A stretch of DNA of 64,000 bases from Gammaproteobacteria bacterium (GCA_049698775.1 JBAVYM010000007.1:17657-81656), one strand, 5' to 3'. Shown: positions 18,302 to 28,109, numbered from the stretch's first letter. Numbers and translations: made by a program. Notes: generated by a model not told the origin, from the letters alone.

Positions 18302-19027
18302 TTATTCGGCGAGCGCGTCCGCCAATTTCCGAGCCTTGGCAAAATCCGGCATCGCGTCTGTAAACCCGGCGTCCAGCACCGCACCACTCAAGCCGCCACC
18401 CGATTTGCACAGTGTGCGGACATCCTCGAGGGATGCCAGACCGTCCACGGCCATCACCGGAATGGTGATGACCTGCGCCAGCGACAAGGCGGCGCCGAAA
18501 TCGGACCCGGAAGTGCCTTCGATCCGGACGCTGCATAGGATGCCGCTCACGCCTTCGCGCTGAAAATTCTCCGCCGCTTCCAGTAGCGTGTGCTGGGCCA
18601 GCTTCGACCAGCCCTCGGCCGCCACCTTGCCGGCCTTGGCTTCCAGCGCCACCAGAATGTGGCCCGGATATTCGAGGCATAGATCGTTGATGAAATGTGG
18701 TGCGCTCGCGGCCCGGGCGTTGAGAATCACGAATTCGGCGCCCGCGGCGAAATACTTTTCCACGGTTTCGTCGCTGCGCATGCCGCCGCTCACCTGCATA
18801 GGCACGCCGGGATAGGCGTTCACCACGTTGCGAATCACTTCAGCGTTATCCGCTTTGCCGGAGACCACGCTGTCCAGGTCCGCGATGTGCAGGCGCCGAG
18901 CGCCGGCTGCCACCCAGTGTTTTGCCATTTCCACCGGGTCATCGGTATGCGTATTGCCGCGTGTGGGTTTTCCGGCCACGATCAGGCACTTGCCGTTTTT
19001 AATCTGGATGGCCGGTATCAGCAGCAT
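18302..19027 (-). CDS. HisA/HisF-family (beta/alpha)8 barrel protein, HisA-like
   Basis: MLLIPAIQIKNGKC, HIADLD and VSGGMRS motifs are colinear with HisA. No other his genes are adjacent. Confidence 0.65.
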   Translation of the reverse strand: MLLIPAIQIKNGKCLIVAGKPTRGNTHTDDPVEMAKHWVAAGARRLHIADLDSVVSGKADNAEVIRNVVNAYPGVPMQVSGGMRSDETVEKYFAAGAEFVILNARAASAPHFINDLCLEYPGHILVALEAKAGKVAAEGWSKLAQHTLLEAAENFQREGVSGILCSVRIEGTSGSDFGAALSLAQVITIPVMAVDGLASLEDVRTLCKSGGGLSGAVLDAGFTDAMPDFAKARKLADALAE

Positions 19028-19244
19028 GGCGATTTTTCGGGTCGGGTTTGCCTTATCCCGGCCGCGTAACGTTGACGCGCCGACGCCACGGAGTTCTGAG
19101 CGACATGAGATTCATAAGGATGGTGGCAAAATTGGTTTAAGCGCGTGCAATCCAATTCAAGCAAGTCAGTCGTTTTTCAGTACTGCCTCAAGCTACCGGC
19201 AAATCCATCCTAGTCCAGACGTGGCACGCAGGCAATCCGCGTGC

Positions 19245-19700
19245 TCAGGTTTGCGTTTCAGGCGATACCCGCAGCCAGAATGTTACCGGACCGTCGTTGA
19301 CCAGCGCTACCTGCATATCCGCACCGAACAGACCGCAGCGGGTTGCAGGATAGGTTTTCACCGCCTGTTCACACAGATACGCGAATAGACATCGGCCTGT
19401 TTCGGGTGCCGCCGCCGGCGTAAAACTCGGGCGGTTTCCTTTGTGCGTGTCCGCCGCCAGGGTGAACTGCGGTACCAGCAACAGACCGCCACCGATGTCG
19501 CACAGATCCCGGTTCATGCGACTGGCTGTGTCGGGAAACACGCGATACGCCAACACTCGTTCCAGCAAACGATTTGCCTGGCTTTCACCGTCGCTGCGTT
19601 CGACGCCGACAAAGACCAGCAAGCCGCGGCCGATGGCGGCGGCTTGCCTGCCTTCCACTTCCACCGTCGCGCGGCTCACGCGCTGCAACAGGCCGATCAT
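19245..19700 (-). CDS. dtd: D-aminoacyl-tRNA deacylase
   Basis: MIGLLQRVSRATVEV..., LLVPQFTL and a GxRPSF-like GNRPSF motif. The ATG at 19700 overlaps the pip stop. Confidence 0.9.
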   Translation of the reverse strand: MIGLLQRVSRATVEVEGRQAAAIGRGLLVFVGVERSDGESQANRLLERVLAYRVFPDTASRMNRDLCDIGGGLLLVPQFTLAADTHKGNRPSFTPAAAPETGRCLFAYLCEQAVKTYPATRCGLFGADMQVALVNDGPVTFWLRVSPETQT

Positions 19701-20653
19701 GCGCGGACGAAACGAGCTGCAAAGGTATCGGTCGCTTCCACGAGCGCCGAACAGATGCCCGGCTCGCTGGAAGCATGCCCGGCGTCGGCGATCATGTGGA
19801 ACTCGGCTTCTGGCCAGGCTTTGTGAAGACGCCAAGCGGAAGCAGCGGGACATACCACGTCGTAGCGGCCCTGCACGATCACGCCGGGAATGTGACGGAT
19901 ACGCGGTGTGTCACGGATGATCTGGTCCGGGGTCAGAAAGCAGTCATTCACGAAGTAGTGGCATTCAATGCGGGCGATGGCCATGGCCATATCCGGCTCG
20001 GAAAAATGATCCACAATGGTTTTGCTCGGCAGCAGCGATGAACAGCGCGCTTCGAACAGCGACCAGGCTTCCGCCGCGTGCCGGCGCACTGCCATATCGT
20101 TGCTGGTGAGTCGCTGATAATAGGCGCGCATTAAATCACCGTGTTCCGCCGACGGAATCGGCGCCACGAACTCCTCGAAATAATCCGGAAACAAATGCTG
20201 GATACCGTTCTGGTAAAACCAGCGCAGTTCCGGCGGCGTGACCAGAAAAATGCCGCGCAGAATCAGCGCCAGTACCCGTTGCGGATGGGTTTCGGCATAC
20301 ACCAGCGCGAGCGTCGAACCCCAGGAACCGCCGAATACCAGCCAGCGTTCGATCTTGAGGACTTCGCGAATGTGCTCCATGTCCGTCACCAACGCCTGCG
20401 TGGTGTTGTGTGCGAGTTCCGCATGCGGGCGCGAACGCCCGCAACCGCGCTGATCGAACAGCACAATGCGGTAGCGTGCCGGATCGAAGAAACGCCGGTT
20501 GTCAGTGGTACAACCGCCGCCCGGGCCACCGTGGACGAATACCACCGGCATGCCTGCCGGGTTGCCGCATTCCTCCACATAAATTTCATGCGACGCCTGC
20601 ACGCGCAGGACACGTGTGGCATAGGGTTCTAGCGGAGGGAACAGTTCACGCAT
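19697..20653 (-). CDS. pip: prolyl aminopeptidase (proline iminopeptidase)
   Basis: 318 aa with HGGPGGG and GGSWGSTLAL (nucleophile elbow) motifs. Confidence 0.92.
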   Translation of the reverse strand: MRELFPPLEPYATRVLRVQASHEIYVEECGNPAGMPVVFVHGGPGGGCTTDNRRFFDPARYRIVLFDQRGCGRSRPHAELAHNTTQALVTDMEHIREVLKIERWLVFGGSWGSTLALVYAETHPQRVLALILRGIFLVTPPELRWFYQNGIQHLFPDYFEEFVAPIPSAEHGDLMRAYYQRLTSNDMAVRRHAAEAWSLFEARCSSLLPSKTIVDHFSEPDMAMAIARIECHYFVNDCFLTPDQIIRDTPRIRHIPGVIVQGRYDVVCPAASAWRLHKAWPEAEFHMIADAGHASSEPGICSALVEATDTFAARFVRA

Positions 20654-20916
20654 GGCGGTTGGTTCTGGGCTTCTCGAAGGCCTTTTACATCAAAGCTGGC
20701 GAACTACGATCCGGTGTAAGCCTTTTCCTACACACCTTACTGCCGTCCTCTGACTGCGCCAGCTCCCGGCCGGTGGCAGAGTAACACTCGCCTGCTTCGC
20801 CAGGGAATGGCGGGACAAGGATGTATGAGGGATCCGGGGCGGGGTATGGATCAGCAAGGATGCTCGCGCCCTTTATGAGTTGAATACTCAATCACCTCCA
20901 GCCATGAAGGCTTTGA

Positions 20917-20947
20917 CCCGGCGGATCCTCCGCCGGGTTTTTTATTT
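20917..20947 (+). terminator. orphan intrinsic terminator (no annotated plus-strand gene upstream)
   Basis: CCCGGCGGA-tcc-TCCGCCGGG (9 bp) followed by TTTTTTATTT. Confidence 0.7.
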
Positions 20948-21163
20948 CCCGGCCAGCTCCGCTGATTTGTGCTTTAATCGAATCCGAACCCGCCATGAGA
21001 CACCCGCTTCGGAGGCAGCGTGCTGGCATTCCTCGCATTCCGCCGGTTTTCGGTCTGGTTGATCCGACTGTATGGCGCTCTCGCTGACGGTCGCGGACCA
21101 GCATCCGGCTTTGCGCCGGCCAAGCAAGATGACCTCGACAACAGTATCAATTTCATTTCCGAC

Positions 21164-21421
21164 ATGGACGAATACGTCACCATCGCCACTTACGACAAGA
21201 CCACCGACGCGCACATCGCCATGGGGCGGCTGGCGGCGGAGGGTATTACCGCGTTGCTGTTCGACGATAACATGGTGCAAATGGACTGGCTGTATTCCAT
21301 CGCCCTGGGTGGCATCAAGCTGCGTGTCACGCGCGCCGACGAAAATGTGGCGCGGCGCGTGCTGGCCACCGATTATTCCCACGACCTCGACGACGTGGAC
21401 GTGGGCAAACCCGAGACCTAA
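21164..21421 (+). CDS. DUF2007-like small protein (putative signal-transducing domain)
   Basis: MDEYVTIATYDKTTDAHIAMGRLAAEGI... resembles the DUF2007 pattern. Start chosen at ATG 21164. Confidence 0.55.
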   Translation: MDEYVTIATYDKTTDAHIAMGRLAAEGITALLFDDNMVQMDWLYSIALGGIKLRVTRADENVARRVLATDYSHDLDDVDVGKPET

Positions 21422-22143
21422 AGTTCCAGTATCGCTTCCCGCTCCCGCGCCGACGGCTCGAATCCGCGCGGACCGTAGTGCTCGAAGATTGCCGTCACCA
21501 CGTCCTCGGGCCGTTCCACCAGCTTGAAGAAATTCAGGTCCTGCGCGTCTATCATGTGCTCAGCCACCATGCGCGTCTTCAACCACTCCGTCAGTCCTTG
21601 CCAGTACGCGCCGCCCACCAGCAGGATCGGAATGGGCCGCGTTTTGCCCGTCTGGATGAGCGTGAGGATCTCGCTCAATTCATCCAGAGTGCCGAAACCG
21701 CCCGGCAGCACCACGTACGCCGAAGCGTACTTCACGAACATCACCTTGCGTATGAAAAAATGCCGGAAGCTCAGGGAAACATCCTGATAGGCATTGGTGT
21801 CCTGTTCGCGTGGTAATTGTATGTTCAAGCCGATACTCGACGACTTTCCGGCATAGGCGCCTTTGTTGGCGGCTTCCATAAGGCCCGGGCCGCCGCCAGT
21901 CACCACCGAGAAACCCGCATCGGACAAAGCACGGCCGATTTGCTCCGCAAGAACATAGTACGGATGCCCCGGCGCGGTGCGCGCGGAACCGAAGATGCTC
22001 ACGGAAGGGCGGATGGAGGCCAATTGTTCAAAGCCTTCCACGAATTCCGCCATCATCCGGAAAATCTTCCAGGCTTCGCGGCTCGGATCGCCGTCGCCCG
22101 CCTTGCGCGATAGATGGTTATGCCGTTTGTCTTCAGGTTTCAT
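21418..22143 (-). CDS. LOG/TIGR00730-family nucleotide phosphoribohydrolase
   Basis: PGGFGTLDEL and GGGPGLME motifs. Confidence 0.85.
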   Translation of the reverse strand: MKPEDKRHNHLSRKAGDGDPSREAWKIFRMMAEFVEGFEQLASIRPSVSIFGSARTAPGHPYYVLAEQIGRALSDAGFSVVTGGGPGLMEAANKGAYAGKSSSIGLNIQLPREQDTNAYQDVSLSFRHFFIRKVMFVKYASAYVVLPGGFGTLDELSEILTLIQTGKTRPIPILLVGGAYWQGLTEWLKTRMVAEHMIDAQDLNFFKLVERPEDVVTAIFEHYGPRGFEPSAREREAILEL

Positions 22144-22169
22144 CTTGCTGCTCCGTTGCTGCTCGCACG

Positions 22170-22735
22170 TTAAAGCGGGATTATCACTCCCAGTTGCACA
22201 TCATAGTTGGTGGAAAAGTTCGCGGTGTTGCCGGCCACCGGCACGCCCGCGCCCACGCTCAACTCCAGCGCCCAGCCGTTCTCGAATGGCAGGCGGTAAC
22301 CGCCGAGTGGGCGCAGCACAGTGACATTGCCCAGCGTACCGCCGGCTCTTATTAGGTCAGCTCCAGGCCGGTGAAGGAATATTCTCCGCCATAGTCGGTG
22401 GCAAAGTTGTAGCGTCCGAACAACTTGAAATTTTCGCTGTTGCGACTCTGGCCGGAGCACGGATTGTTACCGCTGCAATTCTGGTAATCCGCGCGGCCGA
22501 TGCCGGCACCCAGTCCCGCTTCCCAGGCATCGCTGAACCAATAACCCAGATTGCCGGTCAGCGAATAGGTATTGATCCCGGTGGTGTAATACTGGTTGTT
22601 GTATGGACTGCTGCCGCCCGAAAACCCGCCTTCGCCGAGGATGATGAGATCCGTATTGCCGGCATCGGCCCAGGCCAGCGGCATACATCTCGTACACAGC
22701 AGTATCATCAGCAGAATTTTTACCAGACCGCGCAT
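22170..22735 (-). pseudogene. small outer-membrane beta-barrel protein gene split by a frameshift near 22352
   Basis: ORF 22352..22735 has a signal peptide plus alternating beta-strand pattern. ORF 22170..22460 continues the same pattern in another frame (...FTGLELT* / LIRAGGTLGNVTVL...). Confidence 0.5.
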
Positions 22736-24885
22736 CAGACCGGCGTCAGATTAGCATAGGCCACCACTAGCCATTTGGCCCCGGCCCTGAAATTCACCTG
22801 CACGCGGGCGTGCGCGCCGTTGCCTTCGTAATCCAGCACCACCCCCTCGCCGAAATTGGGATGCTGCACGCGCTGGCCGAGACTCAAGCCCGTGGGCGCC
22901 GCGTCCAGATGGCCGGAAGATGCCGCGAACGGCCGCGACACCTGCACGCGTGGGCGGATTTCCTCAATCAGTTCCGGCGGGATTTCCCGCAAGAAACGTG
23001 AGGGCACGCCGTAGGTGTCCGCGCCGTGCAGCCGCCGGGTTTCAGCGTAGCTGAGATAGAGCTCCCGCATGGCGCGGGTCATGCCCACGTAACACAAACG
23101 CCGCTCTTCTTCCATGCTTTCCAGATCTTCGCCGGAACGCGCATGGGGAAACAGTCCGTCTTCCATGCCGCAGATGAACACCAGCGGGAATTCCAGACCC
23201 TTTGCGGAATGCAGCGTCATGAGCTGCACACAGTCCTCCCAAGCTTGCGCCTGGCCTTCGCCGGCTTCCAGTGCGGCGTGCGACAGGAATGCGGACAGTG
23301 GCGTCAGGCCTTCCAGATTTTCCGGCGCAAACCCGCGCGCCGCGCTCACCAGTTCCTGCAGGTTTTCGACCCGCGCTTCGCCGCGCTCGCCTTTCTCGGC
23401 CTTGTAATGTTCCACCAGCCTGCTGGTGTGAATCACATGATCCACCTGCTCGAACAGGTCCAGTCCGCGGATCGTCCTGTCCATGTCATCAATCAATTTG
23501 GTAAACCCGCGCAATGCGCCCAAGACCCGCGGTGCAGCATCCTGTCTGTCCAACGTTGCTTGCATGACGCGCCACAGCGGCAGGTTTTCGCGACGCGCGG
23601 CTTCGCGCAAGGTGTCCAGGCTGCGCGTGCCAATACCGCGCGTGGGCAGATTGATGATGCGTTCCAAGGACGCATCGTCATCGCGGTTTTCAATCAGGCG
23701 CAGATAGGCGAGCGCGTCCTTGATTTCCTGGCGCTCGAAAAAGCGCGGACCGCCGTACACGCGATAGGGGATGGCTTCCGATAACAGCCGTTCTTCGAAC
23801 ACCCGCGATTGGGCATTGGAGCGGTACAGCACCGCGATGTCGTGACGCGCTCCGCCCTGCTCCTGCCAGCGCTTGATATGCCCGATCACAAACTGCGCTT
23901 CATCCTGTTCGTTATAGGCCGCGTACACCCGGATCGGCACACCGTCGCCACCGCTGGTCCAGAGGTTCTTGCCGAGGCGTGTGCTGTTGTTCGCGACCAG
24001 CGCGTTGGCGGCCTTGAGGATGTTGCCGGTGGAGCGGTAATTCTGTTCCAGACGCACCACGCGCGTGTCGGGAAAATCCTTCTCGAATTTCAGGATGTTC
24101 TCGATCTTGGCGCCGCGCCAACCGTAAATGGACTGATCGTCGTCGCCCACCACGAATGGCATGCTCCGCTGGCCGGCGAGCAGCCGCACCCATGCATACT
24201 GAATCGCGTTGGTGTCCTGGAATTCGTCCACCAAGATGTGACGGAAGCGCTGCTGATAATGCGCGAGCAGCGCCGCGTCATCGCGCCACAATTCCAGCGC
24301 CCGCAACAATAACTCAGCGAAATCCACCAGCCCGCCGCGCGCACAGGCTTCTTCATACGCGGCATACGCGCGCCGCATCTGCCGCTCGGAAGGATCGGAT
24401 GCTTCGGACAGATGCCTGGCACGCAGCCCGTCGTCTTTGCGGGCATTGATGAACCACTGTACCTGGCGCGGCGGAAAGCGGGCTTCGTCCAGATCCAGCG
24501 TCTTGAGCACGCGCCGGATGAGCCGGTACTGGTCCTCGGAATCCAGAATCTGGAAGTTCTGTGGCAGCTTCGCTTCGCGCCAATGTTGCCGCAGCAGACG
24601 GTGGGCGAGTCCGTGAAACGTGCCGACCCACATGCTGCGCACCGGCTGCGCCAGGATCTGCTCAATACGCCCGCGCATTTCGCCCGCGGCCTTGTTGGTG
24701 AAGGTCACGGCGAGAATGCCGTAAGGCGATACGTGCTGCACCTGGATCAGCCAGGCGATGCGATGCACCAGCACACGGGTCTTGCCGCTGCCCGCACCGG
24801 CCAGCACCAGCACTGGTTTCGCCTCTGCCGTCACCGCCTCACGCTGAGCGGGGTTCAGGGATTCGAGCAGCGGCGTGACATCCAT
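22735..24885 (-). CDS. uvrD: ATP-dependent DNA helicase II
   Basis: 716 aa with AGAGSGKT, DEFQDTN, a VGDDDQSIYGWRGA motif and a UvrD-type C-terminal tail (GQRVQHPNFGEGVV). Confidence 0.93.
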   Translation of the reverse strand: MDVTPLLESLNPAQREAVTAEAKPVLVLAGAGSGKTRVLVHRIAWLIQVQHVSPYGILAVTFTNKAAGEMRGRIEQILAQPVRSMWVGTFHGLAHRLLRQHWREAKLPQNFQILDSEDQYRLIRRVLKTLDLDEARFPPRQVQWFINARKDDGLRARHLSEASDPSERQMRRAYAAYEEACARGGLVDFAELLLRALELWRDDAALLAHYQQRFRHILVDEFQDTNAIQYAWVRLLAGQRSMPFVVGDDDQSIYGWRGAKIENILKFEKDFPDTRVVRLEQNYRSTGNILKAANALVANNSTRLGKNLWTSGGDGVPIRVYAAYNEQDEAQFVIGHIKRWQEQGGARHDIAVLYRSNAQSRVFEERLLSEAIPYRVYGGPRFFERQEIKDALAYLRLIENRDDDASLERIINLPTRGIGTRSLDTLREAARRENLPLWRVMQATLDRQDAAPRVLGALRGFTKLIDDMDRTIRGLDLFEQVDHVIHTSRLVEHYKAEKGERGEARVENLQELVSAARGFAPENLEGLTPLSAFLSHAALEAGEGQAQAWEDCVQLMTLHSAKGLEFPLVFICGMEDGLFPHARSGEDLESMEEERRLCYVGMTRAMRELYLSYAETRRLHGADTYGVPSRFLREIPPELIEEIRPRVQVSRPFAASSGHLDAAPTGLSLGQRVQHPNFGEGVVLDYEGNGAHARVQVNFRAGAKWLVVAYANLTPV

Positions 24886-24982
24886 GCGGACATTTTAACA
24901 GAGCGTAATCATGGGCTTGGCCGCGTTGGCGTTTTTATGCGGTACGCGCATGGGATTTTCCCCATCTGATAATTGTCCAAAG

Positions 24983-25966
24983 ATGAGCGTACACTCAAGT
25001 CACGCTTCTGGACGCATCCAAATGACCCCAGCTTCCTCCGTAACCCGGCGTTCACCCGCGCACCAACGCTGGCGCCTCGATGATATTCCCTGGCAGAGCA
25101 TTGACCGGGCCGCAGTCGCGGACCGGGAAATGCTGTTTTATCTCGTCACCACCGCTTCGTTCATCGAAACCGCAACCGATACCTACGCGCGCAATCTCAT
25201 CGAATACTATGCCGGCGACGCGGAAGCCACCGCGTGGCTGGAGCAGCACTGGCAACACGAGGAATTGCAACACGGTCGCGCGCTCAAGCGCTACGTGCAG
25301 ACCGCCTGGCCGGACTTCGATTGGGACAAGGTGTACCAGAAATTCTTCGCGGAGTTCTCCGCCAACTGCGTGGTCGAGGCGCTGGAACCCAGCCGCTGTC
25401 TGGAAATGGTCTCGCGCTGCATCGTGGAGATGGGCACCTCCAGCTATTACACCAGCTTGAGCCGCCTGAGCCCCGAACCGGTGTTGGGTTTGCTCGCCGG
25501 GCTGATCCGCGAGGACGAGGTGCGCCACTACAAGTATTTCTATCGTTATTTTCTGCGCTACCGCGAACGCGAGAACTTGGGCCGCCGGAAAATATTCCGC
25601 GCCATCTTGCGCCGCCTGCGGATGATTGACGGCGACGACAGCAGCATCGCCCTGAAACACGCTTACGGTATCCGTCACCCCGGCGCGCCGTTCGACAACC
25701 GTTTGTACCGCATTATCCAGAAACGCGGCCGCTACCTGATGGGACCGCACTTCCCCCACGACTCCAGTGTGAAGATGACGCTCAAACCGCTGGATCTGAA
25801 CCCGCGGGTGCAGAAAATACTGGTGCCGATTATCGTTTTCTTATCCCGTTGTCTGCTGTGGGGCGAAAGCGGTGCGCTGTTGAAGTCCCATGGCCGGATA
25901 TACGCGAATTTTTACAGTCGCGCGCGCGTGTACGCGCTCAATCAATGGGCGAGATTGGCCGAATGA
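24983..25966 (+). CDS. ferritin-like di-iron carboxylate protein (function unknown)
   Basis: Two ExxH motifs (HEELQHG and EDEVRHY). Start is uncertain (24911, 24983 or 25022). Confidence 0.55.
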   Translation: MSVHSSHASGRIQMTPASSVTRRSPAHQRWRLDDIPWQSIDRAAVADREMLFYLVTTASFIETATDTYARNLIEYYAGDAEATAWLEQHWQHEELQHGRALKRYVQTAWPDFDWDKVYQKFFAEFSANCVVEALEPSRCLEMVSRCIVEMGTSSYYTSLSRLSPEPVLGLLAGLIREDEVRHYKYFYRYFLRYRERENLGRRKIFRAILRRLRMIDGDDSSIALKHAYGIRHPGAPFDNRLYRIIQKRGRYLMGPHFPHDSSVKMTLKPLDLNPRVQKILVPIIVFLSRCLLWGESGALLKSHGRIYANFYSRARVYALNQWARLAE

Positions 25967-26790
25967 GCCGGTAAGGGGTACAGGGATTCGGGCCAGGGAA
26001 TGGGATGTTGTTGCTGCAATTTCACGATGGCGGACACCGGTACCAATTCGATGCCTTGTGCGGGGAGCTTCGGCAGTTCCGTGTTCAGTACCGCGAGCGT
26101 CGCCGGCCGCGGATGACCGATGGCCAGTGCAAAACCCTTCTTGCGTGCGATCTCCAACAAGCGATTGAACTGGTATTGCACCGCCTGCTCTGTGTTCACG
26201 TCATCCAGAAACACATCGCGGCGCGCGGCTGACAGATTGTTTTCCCGCGCGATCTGATATGCGATGCTGTCCGCCGTGGTGTAGCTGTCCACAAAGAACA
26301 AATGACCGTGGTCGCGCAGCGTCTGCATGATCCAGGCGAGATCGCCGGGGTGCATGCTGATAAGGCTGCCTTCATGATTGTTGACTCCCACGAGATGCGG
26401 GACCGCGGCCACGTCGCCGCGCACCGTATTCCGGATTTCGGTTTGCGTCATGTCGAGCGTAATGCCGCCCGCACCGAGTGGCGCGCCATCCATGGCCTGC
26501 ATCGGCAGATGCAAAAGCACTTCCTTGCCGCGCGCATGCGCGAGATCCGCGAGGCTCACGGAATACCGCGTATGCGGCAGAATGGCGCAGGCCACCGGAC
26601 CGGGCAGCTCCACGGCACGCCGTCCTTCCGCAAGCGTATTGCCGAGATCGTCAATGATGATGGCGATGACCGGATGCGCTGCCGCCGGCGTCGCGGCTGT
26701 GCAAGCCGGTGCCGATGCACAGATCAACTGCAGCGCGAACAACGGCGCCGCCAATCTGCGCCGAAATTGCCGTTGCGCGGCGCGCAGCAT
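25942..26790 (-). CDS. divergent polysaccharide deacetylase (YibQ) family protein
   Basis: Signal peptide followed by IAIIIDDLGN. Lies downstream of ctpA and envC, as in enterics. Confidence 0.75.
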   Translation of the reverse strand: MLRAAQRQFRRRLAAPLFALQLICASAPACTAATPAAAHPVIAIIIDDLGNTLAEGRRAVELPGPVACAILPHTRYSVSLADLAHARGKEVLLHLPMQAMDGAPLGAGGITLDMTQTEIRNTVRGDVAAVPHLVGVNNHEGSLISMHPGDLAWIMQTLRDHGHLFFVDSYTTADSIAYQIARENNLSAARRDVFLDDVNTEQAVQYQFNRLLEIARKKGFALAIGHPRPATLAVLNTELPKLPAQGIELVPVSAIVKLQQQHPIPWPESLYPLPAHSANLAH

Positions 26791-28109
26791 CAGCCGGGAC
26801 CGGCAGCGATGTTCAAACCCTTGAGAATGTTGAGCGCTTCGTAAAGCTGGAAATCCTGCCGCGCCAGTTGATCGCCGGCCGTGGTATTGGATGGCCCCTC
26901 CTGGGTGGGCGCGTTGTTGGCCAGGTGGCCTTCGAGATTCGCTTCCGTGAGGTTTTCATCGGCGGCGGGCGCGCTCACTTTGAAGGCCGGCACCACGATG
27001 TTCGGCTGAATGCCCTCGGCCTGGATGGAATGGCCGGACGGCGTGTAATACAGCGCAGTGGTGAGCTTGAGGGCGCCACCTTCCGGAAGCGGAATCACGG
27101 TTTGCACCGAACCTTTGCCGAACGTCTGGGTGCCGAGGATCAAGGCGCGGTGATTGTCCTGCAAGGCGCCGGCGGTGATTTCCGCCGCCGAAGCAGTGCC
27201 GCCGTTCACCAGCACCACCAGTGGCGCGCCCGAAAGAATGTCGCCAGGCGTGGCATGCCGCACAAAATTGGAATCCGGCGCACGGCCCTTGGCCGAAACG
27301 ATAATGCCACTGTTCAGAAATACATCGGATACATCCACCGCTGCGTCCAGCAACCCGCCGGGATTATTGCGCAGATCCAGGATCAGGCCCTTGAGCGGAC
27401 CCTGGTTGGTTTTGGCGAGCGCCTTCACCGCCTTGGTCACGCCGTCGCCGGTATCTTCGCTGAACTGGCTGATGCGCACGTAGCCGTAGCCCGGCTCCAG
27501 CAGGCGGCTGCGCACACTCGACACATGCACTTCGGCGCGTGTGAGCGTGAACGTGAGCGGCTTCGGCGCGCCGCGTCGTAGCACCGTCAAGGTAACGGCG
27601 GTGCCGGTTTTGCCGCGCATGAGCGTCACGGCCTGGTCCAGCGTCAAACCATCCAGCGCGGTACCGTTCACGCGCACGATCACATCGCCGGTTTCAATGC
27701 CGGCTTGGGCGGCGGGCGTCCCGTCTATGGGTGAGACCACCAGCACGGCGCCATCCTGCTGGGTGACTTCCAGGCCGAGGCCGCCGAATTGCCCGGTGGT
27801 GATGATCTGCATCTGCTGGTAATCGTTTTTGTCCAGGTACGCGGAATGCGGATCCAGGCCCGCCAGCATGCCGCGGATGGCGTTATTGATGAGCGCGGTA
27901 TCGTCCACTGGCTGCACGTAATCCTGCTTCACCAGTTGCATCACGTCCACCAGCAAACGCACCTGCTGCCAGGGCAACGGCGCCTGTGCCGGGTTTTGCG
28001 CCGGTGCAGCCGGCGGCGAAGCGGCAAACGCAAAAGGCGCACAACCGAACATAACAGTCAAAGCCAAACCGGCCGCTGCGATACGGGATTTGAAATACCT
28101 GACCGACAT
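26790..28109 (-). CDS. ctpA: carboxy-terminal processing peptidase (S41A)
   Basis: Signal peptide, PDZ domain (GIETGDVIVRVNG) and LVNGGTASAAEI plus K-containing S41 motifs. Start set at ATG 28109. Confidence 0.9.
   Translation of the reverse strand: MSVRYFKSRIAAAGLALTVMFGCAPFAFAASPPAAPAQNPAQAPLPWQQVRLLVDVMQLVKQDYVQPVDDTALINNAIRGMLAGLDPHSAYLDKNDYQQMQIITTGQFGGLGLEVTQQDGAVLVVSPIDGTPAAQAGIETGDVIVRVNGTALDGLTLDQAVTLMRGKTGTAVTLTVLRRGAPKPLTFTLTRAEVHVSSVRSRLLEPGYGYVRISQFSEDTGDGVTKAVKALAKTNQGPLKGLILDLRNNPGGLLDAAVDVSDVFLNSGIIVSAKGRAPDSNFVRHATPGDILSGAPLVVLVNGGTASAAEITAGALQDNHRALILGTQTFGKGSVQTVIPLPEGGALKLTTALYYTPSGHSIQAEGIQPNIVVPAFKVSAPAADENLTEANLEGHLANNAPTQEGPSNTTAGDQLARQDFQLYEALNILKGLNIAAGPG

Noticed and set aside
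19222-19238. TGGCACGCAGGCAATCC as a sigma54 promoter
   Set aside because: There is no GC dinucleotide at the -12 position with correct spacing.
20684-20947. Known housekeeping RNA (SRP 4.5S, 6S, tmRNA, RNase P RNA)
   Set aside because: None of the hallmark strings I know are present: no GGAAGCAGCC-type SRP domain IV, no GGAAAGTCCGGGC of RNase P, and no tRNA-like end with a tag ORF. It is kept only as an unclassified sRNA candidate.
20880-21062. 60-aa ORF (TTG start) in the pip-DUF2007 gap
   Set aside because: It reads straight through a strong intrinsic terminator hairpin. It has no Shine-Dalgarno sequence and an Arg-rich, low-complexity product.
21418-21421. Overlapping convergent stop codons of the DUF2007 and LOG genes (CTAA)
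   Set aside because: A trivial compact-genome overlap with no regulatory implication that I can support.
26709-27581. 290-aa ORF antisense to ctpA
   Set aside because: Shadow ORF; ctpA has PDZ and S41 motifs on the other strand.
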